Shown here: piece after piece, positions 44,876 to 55,017 of the stretch
Position numbering within the stretch: the first letter of the stretch is position 1
Layout of the letters: each line of letters starts with the position of its first letter
DNA from: Paramoeba atlantica
Lineage: Eukaryota; Protista; Discosea
Reading direction: 5' to 3'
NCBI GenBank assembly: GCA_977017575.1
Contig: CDRNVI010000009.1
Location: forward strand, 695,649-759,648
DNA length: 64,000 bases
Program-made: the position numbers and the translations under genes
The notes under the pieces: generated by a model
Told to the model about the DNA's origin: nothing
What the model saw: only the letters and a program-made list of their open reading frames with translations
Databases searched by the model: none

Positions 44876-44953
44876 TTGTTTGGAAATTAAAGGTGTTTTC
44901 AAGAAATAGTGAACACTCGTCTCTGCTCCCGGTGAGGCCCCGGAGTTGCGAGA

Positions 44954-45065
44954 GGCCTCCATACCCCACAACTACCACCTTCCCCCCCTATTTAGCGGGG
45001 GTCGCGCGAGCGACCCCTGATAAATGGGGGGAAGGTGGTAGTTGTTTTGGGGAATATGAGAGGCC
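44954..45065. other. Long GC-rich hairpin capped by a GCGA tetraloop
   Basis: ggcctc/gaggcc, caactaccaccttcccccc/ggggggaaggtggtagttg (19 bp perfect) and ggggtcgc-GCGA-gcgacccc. Confidence 0.9.
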
Positions 45066-45289
45066 GAACGCACGGAGGGGCCGGCCGGGCCAATGAACCC
45101 AGACACCATACCCAACCCCTAGCAAAGCCTAGACCTTGTTTACCCGTTTGCAAGACAAGAATGTGTGTCGTTAGTGGGAAGCAATTTGCGAAGTCGAAAG
45201 GCTGTGTGATATTAGTGTAACGCGCATAAGTACATGCCCGTGTATATAAAGGACGCACATTTATGGATAAGAATCGGATGTCTTTGTCA

Positions 45290-45700
45290 CTCTTATCAAT
45301 GTGCTATATGCAATATCAATGTGCTATATGCATTATCAATGTGCTATATGCATTATCAATGGGCTATATGCATTATCAATGTGCTATATGCATTATCAAT
45401 GTGCTATATGCATTATCAATGTGCTATATGCATTATCAATGGGCTATATGCATTATCAATGTGCTATATGCATTATCAATGTGCCGCTTAATATGCATTA
45501 TCAATGTGCCGCTTAGTATGCATTATCAATGTGCTATATGCATTATCAATGTGCTATATGCATTATCAATGTGCTATATGCATTATCAATGTGCTATATG
45601 CATTATCAATGTGCTATATGCATTATCAATGTGCTATATGCAATATCGCTGTGCTATATGCATTATCAATGTGCCGCTTAGTATGCATTATCAATGTGCG
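45290..45700 (-). repeat. Inverted tandem array of the same 20-bp unit (about 20 copies)
   Basis: tgcattatcaatgtgctata repeats, including the reverse complement of the actaagcg variant. Confidence 0.97.
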
Positions 45701-46398
45701 GGCGCCAGAGCCTAAAAAAGAATTATTAATATATTATCAAAATTTTTTATTGGGCTTTAACACTCAGATTTCTCGCTCTTAATTTTGTATCAAACAATAT
45801 TTTCATCCCGAAAAGGAGCATTGATGGGGATCTCCTTATGGAGTCGATGATGATGCTTCCAGCATCATTATATACACCTCAACCTACGCGGGAAGTAGGT
45901 AGGAGCCTACGCCTGACGCAGGTAAATGGGCTGTACCAACGACAACTCCTTATGAAGTGCTGATACCGAGGGCCGGGAAATGCCAAACTCTGTATTTGTG
46001 TGATGTGTAAAATGAGCTTTCTGGATCTCCTCGCAGTTTTCCCTGGTACTGCCACCATACTGCTGCAAATGACGCCGACCACATGTCGGGGCTCCTCCAC
46101 ATGCGAGGGGCTCCTCGTGTGTCACTCGCAGCCGCTCGTATAAATGCATATTGAATTATTAATAATATTAATGGGTACAGACCACTTATATTGCACCCAC
46201 TTTCAAAATAATGATATGAATGCATTGAAATGTTTTCTTGCGCAGCGTAACTTCACACACTTTATCTCATTTCCTCCTTCCGCCTACTTTACGTCAAAAA
46301 AATGTTGCAGTATGCTTATAGTTCACCACATTACACGTCAAATGCCCATGCGCAGATAAAATGCCTGCGGGCAGATAAAATGCCACAATAAAAAAGCT

Positions 46399-46625
46399 TG
46401 GCGTCAGTGCCACATGGCAGTGGCGGGGAAGACCGCTAGGAGGTCCCATGTTGGACCATGCTGCCCCATGTTAGGGCTGTGGGAAATATTGAGAAGACTC
46501 CTAGTTTACCTGTCTGGAGGTAAGGCCCAACTTTGAACGTCTGTGAGCAAAGCCCAACTGTGGGTGTAGCCCTGAGACAGAATTATATTTTAGCGCCCCC
46601 GCGCACTGAAGGGAGTGGGGGCGCG
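46399..46625 (+). ncRNA. Candidate structured RNA with an RNase P/MRP-like P2/P4 pseudoknot
   Basis: Stems agggctg/tagccct and gaaatat(t)ga/ttatatttt interleave. GGGAAAUAUUGAG resembles CR-I and GACAGAA resembles CR-V; several flanking hairpins. CR-IV and a canonical P3 position are not evident. Confidence 0.3.
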
Positions 46626-46797
46626 TTCTCAGAACCAACGTTTGTCCCTTCCGCAGGATTGTGTACTTGTTTCCCTATGTTGTGTGACCGGGCGTGTGAT
46701 CCAGTAGCTTTTTAGGTTATGCTGTCCACTTCAACTCTGTGGCACAGTTTGACCCAAAAAATAGAAAAGTGGGTGCAATATAAGTGGGCATTACCCA

Positions 46798-47736
46798 TAT
46801 TAATAAACCCCCCACAGCGAATAAGTCACCCCCCTCTTTTTTTGGTACAACGAGGCTTAGGGGGGTTGCTGCACAACTTTTTCGTTCAAAATTTTGAGAT
46901 CCGCACGTTCCCGCTGTTTTTAGACCTCTTCACAGATAACAAATTAAAACTCATTTTTTTAATGAAGTTTTTGCATAGTCTTGCCAACATTACCTGAAAA
47001 ATCTCATGTTCCTCGACCAGGGGGGGAGAAGGGGGTCAACATGAAAATGGTGTCACAGATCTTCGCTAGGGGAACGCGATCTCTCGATTGCAACAAAAAT
47101 GATCATAAACAGATAACAAACATTCAATTTGTCACGTGGTGGAATATTTGTCTTTGATTGGTTCTTTCTTGAAACAGTGATAAATCAACTTTTTTAAGCT
47201 GTCCCCTTTACTTTTTGCTTGAAGGGGCCTAAGGGGGTTAGGATATCATTTTCTCGTTCAAAATTCTGAGATCTACACGTTCCCACCATTTTTAGATCAT
47301 TTTAGAAACTGAAAAAAAAAATTGTTTTTAGGTTCTATTTTTTTGCATCGTCATACCACACTAATTTAAGAAAACAAACACTCTGCGGACAGGGGGCACA
47401 AGTGGGTCAATATTAAAAATAGCGGCAAAGATCTTTGCTAGGAGAACGAGATCTCTCGTTTGCAACAAAAATCAGCAAAAACGGACAGAAATAATTGATT
47501 TCCTCATGGGAGGAGAATATTTAATTAGTTAAAGTGTGAGAAATTGGTCTCTTGAAAAACGTGAAGAAAGTGATAATCCATCTATGGGATGCACGCATTT
47601 GAGAGTTTTGGTTCCATGCTATAACGCGCAAAATCTTTGTGTTGGGAACAGCAAAATGCAACAAAAATGAACTCAAACGGACACTTGACTGAAAAGTTAG
47701 AGAGGGTGACTTTTCGCTGTGGGGGGGTTATTAATA
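46798..47736. mobile_element. MITE-like element of about 940 bp with 40-bp TIRs and an internal duplication of about 370 bp
   Basis: Left end tattaataaaccccccacagcgaataagtcacccccctct; right end agagggtgacttttcgctgtgggggggttattaata. Internal direct repeat 46860-47120 vs 47230-47490. Related inverted piece at about 40605-40630. Confidence 0.8.
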
Positions 47737-47909
47737 ATATTAATAATTTGATTTTTTGAAATAATGATAATTATTATTACAAAAATTATTATTACAGCTA
47801 TGTTTCGCACAACTCTATTCATCGCTTCATGAAAGCCATAAAATCGTAAAAAAAGACATTCACTCCACACTCCCACAACAAACCAACATATTTTTTCAAC
47901 CTTCCCCCC

Positions 47910-49418
47910 ATGAAACTCTCCTCGTACACCCTCTACAGTCTCCTCGCCACCCTGGCCTACATCGTCCACACTGCCTACTCCACCCACCCCACCGCGGCCT
48001 ACTTCCCCACCGCCCTCGCCCTCACCCGTTCGAAACCCTTTGCCGCGCTCACCGCCAACAACGCCCTCCTCGCCGCCCTCTGGGGTTTCCTCCTCACCCG
48101 TCGCCTTCTGCTCGGAACCGTACGCGACCACGAGGGGGAGGGGGTCGCGGACACCGTCACCCTCCACGCCCTGCAATCCCTCTTCGCGCTGTCCTATTTC
48201 GATTTCCACCTTACCGCAGGTCTCGCCGCGGTGCTTCTCGGGACCGCATTCGCGAAAGCGCTCCATTTGCTCGCGCACGCCCGGGGCGACACGATTGAGT
48301 CCAGTGCGGAGACCAACCCGCGGGAGGTGTTGCGGCTATCCCTGTGTTTGAGTTTTCTTCTCCATGCCGCGGTGCGGATGTTGCTGTACGCCACGGAGGT
48401 GATTCGAAACGAGGGGTGCTGTGTGTGGGTGGTGATAGCCCTGGATTGGGCCCTGATGTTGGTGGCCGCGACCGGGATCTCATTAAGGCTGATGTTGCAC
48501 ATCGCGGATCGAAGATTTCACCGTTCAAGTATTGCCGCGAAGTATTATCTTACGTTAGGGTGTACCTTAGTGGCGTGTGTGCTGGAGCTTGTGTTTTTTG
48601 CGGTGCTGTTCCAGCATGTTGGGGTTCCGGTGCATTTACTGCGGGAGCTTTATCTAACGATTCGTGGCCTGATGCAGACCCTGCGACGGGTGTTGGTGTA
48701 TCGCACGCATTGTAGGGTTGTGCGGGAGTGTGAGGTTCCGCAGGAGGATGAGATTGCAAAGGATCCGAGTTGTGTGATATGTATGGAGGAGATGACCGGG
48801 GGAGGGGTATCTGGGAGCTGTACCACACGAAAGCTTCCGTGTGGTCATGTGCTACACACGGAGTGCTTGTACCGTTTCGTCGAGAAAGATCAGAATTGTC
48901 CAATATGTAGGCGTGACTTTGTGAGTGTGGCGTTAGAAAAGATGAGACGCAAGAAACGGCCAGTCGTCCGCATACGGAGGGACTGGACGCAGCAAGTGTC
49001 GGAAAGTCAGCAAAGTCAGGTGCCGAAAAAAATGGACGCACAGCAGTCTTACGCATCGAATGTTGAGGATATGGAAGCAGCGTATCAGGAATATTTAGCG
49101 AGAATGAACAACAGAACAGGTACCTCGCTGACAGAAACGGAACCTGTAAAGGACTCCGCTTTGCACGATGTGCCGAATCATTTTTCACTTTCTGCTACAG
49201 AAAGAGAGGCTATTCTACGAAATATTGAGACCTCGGTAGATCATGATAGTATTCTTATTAAGAAGAGTAATCCTGAAGAATCGTTATCAATGATACTGCC
49301 CCGGAACGAAGCCACGGCTGCCGCATACAGGATATTTTACTCTGATCTTAGCGGGGCGTTTGGAAAATTAGAAGCCTCACTCCGAACTAGTCGATCAGAT
49401 GACAGAACTTCCAGTTAG
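47910..49418 (+). CDS. HRD1: ERAD E3 ubiquitin ligase, HRD1/synoviolin-like
   Basis: N-terminal multi-TM region and RING-H2 CVICMEEM...KLPCGHVLHTECL..FVEKDQNCPICR. Confidence 0.85.
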   Translation: MKLSSYTLYSLLATLAYIVHTAYSTHPTAAYFPTALALTRSKPFAALTANNALLAALWGFLLTRRLLLGTVRDHEGEGVADTVTLHALQSLFALSYFDFHLTAGLAAVLLGTAFAKALHLLAHARGDTIESSAETNPREVLRLSLCLSFLLHAAVRMLLYATEVIRNEGCCVWVVIALDWALMLVAATGISLRLMLHIADRRFHRSSIAAKYYLTLGCTLVACVLELVFFAVLFQHVGVPVHLLRELYLTIRGLMQTLRRVLVYRTHCRVVRECEVPQEDEIAKDPSCVICMEEMTGGGVSGSCTTRKLPCGHVLHTECLYRFVEKDQNCPICRRDFVSVALEKMRRKKRPVVRIRRDWTQQVSESQQSQVPKKMDAQQSYASNVEDMEAAYQEYLARMNNRTGTSLTETEPVKDSALHDVPNHFSLSATEREAILRNIETSVDHDSILIKKSNPEESLSMILPRNEATAAAYRIFYSDLSGAFGKLEASLRTSRSDDRTSS

Positions 49419-49665
49419 GACGTCGAGTAATCATGCACGTTTTTCGTGCTGAGCTTGCCGAATAAATAATTTTATCGCTTCTTTAATGTATTGAGTACGT
49501 TACATTAGTACAACTCCGTATGTACGATTGTATGATGAGGGGTTCCACAATATAAATTTCTTTCCCGATGTGGATTTCAAATACATGTGTCGTAGACGGT
49601 TGCCTTTTGTTTATTTTGCTTGTCGGCTACGTTTTTTCCAATTCTATATATTGTGTATATATTGC

Positions 49666-50370
49666 ATGAGTTCGGTTCGCCTTGCTAAAGGTGCTCACGG
49701 GAGCGAATTGCCTGCCGAATACGAACTAATACGATTACTGAGCGATGTGTCGAACCCACTGCCCTCATGGAACGAGAAATGGTCGGTGCGAGAGTGGCAT
49801 GGAGTCACTTGCGACAAAGAACATCGTGTGATCTCTATCTTTTGGCACGAACTGTCTCTGAAGGGTTCAGTTTTGTGGCAACACTTGCCCTGGTCCCTGT
49901 CTACATTGACGATACGCGGAAACCGATTAGAGGGCAGGGTACCTACGGACCTACTACCGAGAGGCCTTCGTAGTTTTGATATTCAAGACAACCTGTTCTA
50001 TGGTGAGTTCTTCACTGAGACGCTTCCCAATAAACTCCAACACCTTCACATTGAACGCAACAGATTTTGCGGTAATATAAATCTTCGTGAGTTGCCTAGA
50101 AGTCTGCTGCAATGTCGGTTAGGGAAAAATTTATTCAATGGTACAATAGATTTAAGTCGCCTGCCTCCAAACCTGGAAGAGCTGACAGCAGAGGACAATT
50201 TACTGGACGGAACTCTATCATTAAAGCTTATTCCAGAATCTTTGATTGTTCTAAGCCTGGCACATAACCGACTGAGCGGAGAAATCAATCTTACAGAAGT
50301 AAACCAAAAAACATTAATGAGTTTGGGAGGAAATGTCCAACTGAAATTCATATTAAGAACCGCAGAATAG
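49666..50370 (+). CDS. Leucine-rich-repeat protein (copy 4)
   Basis: EWHGVTCD cap and repeats such as LPWSLSTLTIRGNRLEG and LPPNLEELTAEDNLLDG. Confidence 0.85.
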   Translation: MSSVRLAKGAHGSELPAEYELIRLLSDVSNPLPSWNEKWSVREWHGVTCDKEHRVISIFWHELSLKGSVLWQHLPWSLSTLTIRGNRLEGRVPTDLLPRGLRSFDIQDNLFYGEFFTETLPNKLQHLHIERNRFCGNINLRELPRSLLQCRLGKNLFNGTIDLSRLPPNLEELTAEDNLLDGTLSLKLIPESLIVLSLAHNRLSGEINLTEVNQKTLMSLGGNVQLKFILRTAE

Positions 50371-50978
50371 TGTACTTGATAAATCCGTTACGGGTTCAGA
50401 AGATGCGACTAGCAAAATAGTAGCAGTAAATTCTTGGTAGAAAAGGATAAGTGGAAGAACGTATTTCGGAAGAGCCCGTGTATTCTTATTTATACATTGT
50501 AGATGTATTTATACATTGTATGTTTAGCTTATTCGTCTATGCAATCACTTGTTCACGGGAAAAGAGTGTGAACCCATCACATTACATTTGTACATGTATA
50601 GTCCAGGCACCGGTTCCCCCCAGGCTACAGAGCGCATCGTAAGAGCTTTTGACCAAATTCCTTTCAACAGATCTCGAAAAACCTTCCGGGCGTTTGTTTG
50701 CCTACCACCCCCCTTTGGGTCTGAATGTGAAGACATTGACTACGGGATAACCGAGATAACCGGATTCCCTGTGCTACGAGATAAAGATGATTGTAATTTC
50801 GGTTCCGCATACAGTGTTATAAAAGTTGTTTTTGGAATGAGTAACGGATACAGTCACTATTTTTTACCAAGACAGGTTTCGACTCAGGTATTCGATTTCG
50901 CATTACGTCAGAGAGCTAGTATTAATTTAGCCCCATTGACACTTAATTTGGGTCCTTGTTCTTACACTTTTTTAATCC

Positions 50979-51386
50979 ATGGAACTTTCTGAAGACTGTC
51001 TGCGTCAATTACGCATTAAGACACAATCTCTGACCCGTATTCTGAGTGATTGTCAGTACGCTGCACGTGAGTTAGATACAGAACGCAAACGTTTATCTTT
51101 GTTGCGCGCCCCTGAGGGTGACGAAGAGGAGCTAGTCGCGCGCCAAAACCAACAACGACGTGTTATCTCCGAAAGTGAAATGATGATATCTGACTCCTCG
51201 CTACGCCTGCAGCAGGCACAAGATGACTTGAGCTTATTCCTTGACACTATTGGGGTAGGAGAAGGTAAAAATAGTATAAATACCTTGTCGCAGGGAAAGA
51301 AGGATACGGACAGCATGGAAGCTGTGCATAAAGCGAAGGAGTGCCTTCAACTCGTAGAAAATTATGGCCTCAAGCTTGAACATTGA
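50979..51386 (+). CDS. TBCA: Tubulin-binding cofactor A
   Basis: LRQLRIKT.SL.RI..D..Y...E....KRL...Q.RVISESEMMI.DS..RL..A..DL. Confidence 0.85.
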   Translation: MELSEDCLRQLRIKTQSLTRILSDCQYAARELDTERKRLSLLRAPEGDEEELVARQNQQRRVISESEMMISDSSLRLQQAQDDLSLFLDTIGVGEGKNSINTLSQGKKDTDSMEAVHKAKECLQLVENYGLKLEH

Positions 51387-51695
51387 TGAGCACGCGAATT
51401 GTGCTACATTAATTTTATTGGCGATTAACGAATTTTATTGGCCCCGTTAAAGTCTTCTCCGATAACTCATCTTTCATAGGTAGGTCAGCGATTATCTGCA
51501 ACGTTCGCGAAAAATAGAAATAGAAGAACTTTAACTAGTCGAATAACTTGAATATCACAAACAACTGCATAACTTTAGTTTGTATAGGTTCTGACTCACC
51601 CTTGCCTTTGTCAATGTCAAATACAAGTTGAGTTCATGTAAATTGGCGTATAGTTGTTTCTTTTTCGACACTTCTCTTTCTTTTATTTCACCTTT

Positions 51696-53219
51696 ATGGC
51701 CCCGTTTGGAACTAACACGGCATCAGGGGGATGGAACCCCACAACAACCACATCGAATACAACACCTTTCGCCCCCAGTACAAGTTCCACTCCGTGGGGA
51801 ACCGGTGGGACAAAGACGACTGCAACACTGCCCTGGGGCACCGCACCGTCTCAACCATCAGGAAGTTCTGCTGCGGGCCCGTTCTCGTCCACTACAGGGC
51901 TTTTCGGTTCACAGAACACATCCCAACCCACAACCACGCAACCCTCTTTGTTTGGCGCACCAAACGTTGGTGGCCCAATCACATCCGCTTCCGGCACATC
52001 AGCTCCTCAAGCTCCGTGGTACGCTTCTTTCGATACTAGCACCCTCAATGAGACCTCTCGGTTTGAAACTCTGCCACCCGCCTTGCAGGAGAAGATTCGT
52101 GAGTTAAATCGGAAAATCCACGCGGAGCATTCCGGGATGGAGGCCGTGCGAATGGAATATGCCGCGTTACTTCAAAGCGGAAAACGTTCGAGTACGGAAC
52201 CGAGTGCTCAGCTGCTACCCATGTCCAAATCTGCTGCGAATGAACTCGCTCGCCCCGTCGGTGAGGCCCAGGGTTTAGAGCAAACCATGAGTGCCTTAAC
52301 CACAGGTGCGCTGTCGCTTGATTCCTTGCATGCCAATGGTGAAAACCTCAACGACCAGATAAAAGAGTTACGTACGAAAGTGGAGCATCTAAAGCAAATC
52401 GTTGACACCGACGCTCAGCCTCGAGTAAAGAATACATTGGATAACGTTCCACAACCCTGTTCGAGTCATGAAGACGACGTCTCCCTACGCTTTATCTCCC
52501 ACACACTCCACCAAATGCGTCACCACTGGCGTACCCTCCTACGCACCACCCAGACCATAACCCGGGGCGTAACCCCACGACCCGAACCCCCACCTCTACA
52601 CCCCACCCACCCCGTTCCCCTACCCGGAAATGTTCTCGTCCGTGCCATGCGCACCGAGGAGGAGCTTTTTCGTAAAGTCTCCAAACTCGTTACCCAGCGT
52701 CATGCGGCCACCCATGAACTTGTGCACCGCGCGACACAACAACAACAACAAACACAACAACAAATGCATTCTTCAGGCATGGGAAACACAAATCCTAAAT
52801 CGGCCCCCCAGCCCGTGTTCCCGCCTCTCCCTCTTCCACGACACCGGGGCTCGGGGCTCCCCACAGAGCGCAGGCCGCTCCCCTCGGAGCTCATGGCCTC
52901 CAGCCCTCGTCGGCTGGTCTATGACCCCAGCCTGAGTCGAGCACTGCCCGGGGCTCCGGGAATTCCCCAGGGGGGACCCCCCGGGGGGGGATTCGGCAGT
53001 AGGGGGGGTAGCGCCCCCCTGGGGGCTGCTTCCACGACAGGGCTCCCCTCCTCGACATCGTTGCTCGGGTCGGGGAGTGGGGCCCCGGGGGGGCTCACGA
53101 CTACCCCGGGGAGTAGCGCGTTCCCGGGGGCCGGGGCGTTGCCCTCTACCCCGCAGGTGAAGGTGGGAACGTTGAGTGCGAGTACGCCAGTGAAGCCAAG
53201 CACGTGGTCGTTTCGATAG
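51696..53219 (+). CDS. FG/PWG-repeat nucleoporin, Nup58/Nup49-like
   Basis: N-terminal PFG, PWG and LFG repeats; RFETLPPALQEKI signature; central coiled coil; GGGFG C-terminal region. Confidence 0.7.
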   Translation: MAPFGTNTASGGWNPTTTTSNTTPFAPSTSSTPWGTGGTKTTATLPWGTAPSQPSGSSAAGPFSSTTGLFGSQNTSQPTTTQPSLFGAPNVGGPITSASGTSAPQAPWYASFDTSTLNETSRFETLPPALQEKIRELNRKIHAEHSGMEAVRMEYAALLQSGKRSSTEPSAQLLPMSKSAANELARPVGEAQGLEQTMSALTTGALSLDSLHANGENLNDQIKELRTKVEHLKQIVDTDAQPRVKNTLDNVPQPCSSHEDDVSLRFISHTLHQMRHHWRTLLRTTQTITRGVTPRPEPPPLHPTHPVPLPGNVLVRAMRTEEELFRKVSKLVTQRHAATHELVHRATQQQQQTQQQMHSSGMGNTNPKSAPQPVFPPLPLPRHRGSGLPTERRPLPSELMASSPRRLVYDPSLSRALPGAPGIPQGGPPGGGFGSRGGSAPLGAASTTGLPSSTSLLGSGSGAPGGLTTTPGSSAFPGAGALPSTPQVKVGTLSASTPVKPSTWSFR

Positions 53220-53533
53220 GAGGGAGAGTGGGTAGGGGGGGTGAAAGAGGAATTCGGGATGTTGAGTTGTGCATGCTGGGGGAGCGATCGAGAGAGTATG
53301 TCGTTGTTCCGGTGGCTTAAATGGGTTGCCCACTTGAATGGTTCAGGTGTTGAATGGGTTTCCCGTTTTTGTAGGAAAAAGCAATATTCGGCTCATATTC
53401 ATCATATACCAATGGGAAGTAAATGTAGGGGTAACGCTACTAGAGTTAGCCAATAGATTACTTGTAATATATTTCATCCTACTCTAGAGCAGCGTTCTGT
53501 TTTGTGGACTTCCTTTTACTACCTAGATTAAAT

Positions 53534-54130
53534 ATGAGTGCCTCCGAGGTAGCTTATTCTCCGGAAAGTGCAGAATTTAGTGAGAAATATACCAATGCTC
53601 GAGGCATCCCACGTGTAACTTTTCTGCAGGATGTCCGTAGTCATGTAAGCGAAAAGAGCATCACCACGGAAGACCTTCTCAACGAGCTCCAACGTGAATA
53701 CAGTAAATACAAGCTTCTCGAGACGAAACTCCAGCAGCGAAAGTCTGCATTGAGTGCGAAAGAGCCAGAAATAGAAAAAACCTTGGAAGCACTGCAATTT
53801 TTAGAAAAGCAGGTCGCCGACCAGGCGAATCGTACTTGCGACATTCCCGTCTCCTTTGCTCTTACCGAGACGACGTTCGTTGATGCAGTGCTTCACCCCA
53901 GAAAAACAGATTCATCCCCAAAGGTCGGGCTGTGGCTCGGCGCAAATGTTATGGCGGAATATGAGCTTCCGGAGGCCTTGACACTGTTGCAGAAAAATTT
54001 GTCATCCTGTACAGAGAATTTAGTTGTGATTGCGGAAGATTTAGCGTTCTTGCGTGAACAAATTATAGTTCTTGAGGTGAATATGGCACGAGTATACAAT
54101 GAAGGGGTCCACAGGAAGCAACAAAAATAA
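53534..54130 (+). CDS. PFDN3: Prefoldin subunit 3
   Basis: NARGIP...F...V, YSKYKLLE, F.LTETTF..A, VGLWLGANVMAEY...EA..LL and EVNMARVYN. Confidence 0.95.
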   Translation: MSASEVAYSPESAEFSEKYTNARGIPRVTFLQDVRSHVSEKSITTEDLLNELQREYSKYKLLETKLQQRKSALSAKEPEIEKTLEALQFLEKQVADQANRTCDIPVSFALTETTFVDAVLHPRKTDSSPKVGLWLGANVMAEYELPEALTLLQKNLSSCTENLVVIAEDLAFLREQIIVLEVNMARVYNEGVHRKQQK

Positions 54131-54446
54131 AGAAAATGAACTCTAGCTGGAAACTAAGAAAAAATGGCATGCGCCATTTACGGTTCTGTATGGCTCTCAT
54201 TTTCTAAATTTTCAGTGTACCAATAACGGAACACTGAAATGTATAATGAAACTTCTTTTAAACATGAATGAGGATTTTGACCCTCATCCATAATGTGCGC
54301 AAGAGTACAATGAGCACCATGAATTTGAGTGTAATTATCTAGATATCATCAACTTTTTATAAAACCACGTTCTGTGAGTAATTTCTCATTTAGCGCATAG
54401 TATTTTTCCATCCTTTTACAACCACCCTGTCCATCTTTTTTCTCGA

Positions 54447-54881
54447 ATGGACCCCTACCCCTATCACCACACCTCGCTTGCCACCGCCCTGGAATCCTCC
54501 ATAGGACAACTCATCGAGCAGTACGGCCCCGAGGCGTTGCCTGGGGAGGTGATTACCAGCCTTCGACAGTGTTTCGTGGAAACCATGAATACTGTTCTGA
54601 AAGATCTTACCCCGAATCACAGGGCCACGCTCCGTGCCCCTGTGCCCCGTACGCTCGAGTACCCCGTCTATCGGATTATTGACGGCCACACGACGGTGTT
54701 ACTCCGGGATGTGGATATAGAACTCGCACGGGAGAGCGGGGTGGGGTCGGAAAGCCTTCACGTCGACTCGCTGCGGTTGGATCTTTTTCCCGCATCGCAT
54801 TATGAGAATTTCCTACGACGCTCCTCGACATCCAGGAGGAGAGGTCAGAAAAAACAGGTAGAGAAAGACACGGACATGTGA
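54447..54881 (+). CDS. TFIIA-2: Transcription factor IIA small (gamma) subunit
   Basis: YHHTSLATALESSIGQLI...F.ETMN..L...YRIIDGHTTVLLRDV parallels the TFIIA-gamma pattern YRNTTLGNSLQESLDELI...FDKAIN...YRFCDNVWTFVLNDV. Confidence 0.7.
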   Translation: MDPYPYHHTSLATALESSIGQLIEQYGPEALPGEVITSLRQCFVETMNTVLKDLTPNHRATLRAPVPRTLEYPVYRIIDGHTTVLLRDVDIELARESGVGSESLHVDSLRLDLFPASHYENFLRRSSTSRRRGQKKQVEKDTDM

Positions 54882-55017
54882 TGAAGGCAACGGTGGCTTG
54901 TAAATTGAATGAGGTGGGTAAGATGTGCACTTTTGTTAATGTGAGCACTCACTTATGAATTATGGCGGGGCCCATTGGGTAACTCTGAGGATGGTCAGTT
55001 ACTTGATTTATTGTCAG

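Larger units (their letters stand above)
44575..45706. mobile_element. Foldback-like element with long modular TIRs built of 20-bp tandem repeats
   Basis: Splits the second hairpin copy (aacgaAGA|insert|AGAgcctaaaaaag, candidate 3-bp TSD). Left array of gcacattgataatgcatata; right array is its reverse complement. Confidence 0.7.

Noticed and set aside
44581-45700. CRISPR-like array
   Set aside because: The repeats are contiguous with no unique spacers, no cas genes are present, and the context is eukaryotic.
44443-45782. Many Cys/Tyr/Met-rich ORFs (MCYMHYQCAICIINVLYALS repeats)
   Set aside because: These are translations of the 20-bp tandem repeat, not plausible proteins.
45845-45915. Possible C/D-box snoRNA (ATGATGA ... 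CTGA)
   Set aside because: The C box sits inside a local hairpin, there is no terminal stem, and no rRNA guide could be identified.
50549-50992. 147-aa + strand ORF upstream of TBCA
   Set aside because: It has no recognisable motif and overlaps the TBCA start; it may be real but cannot be supported from the sequence alone.
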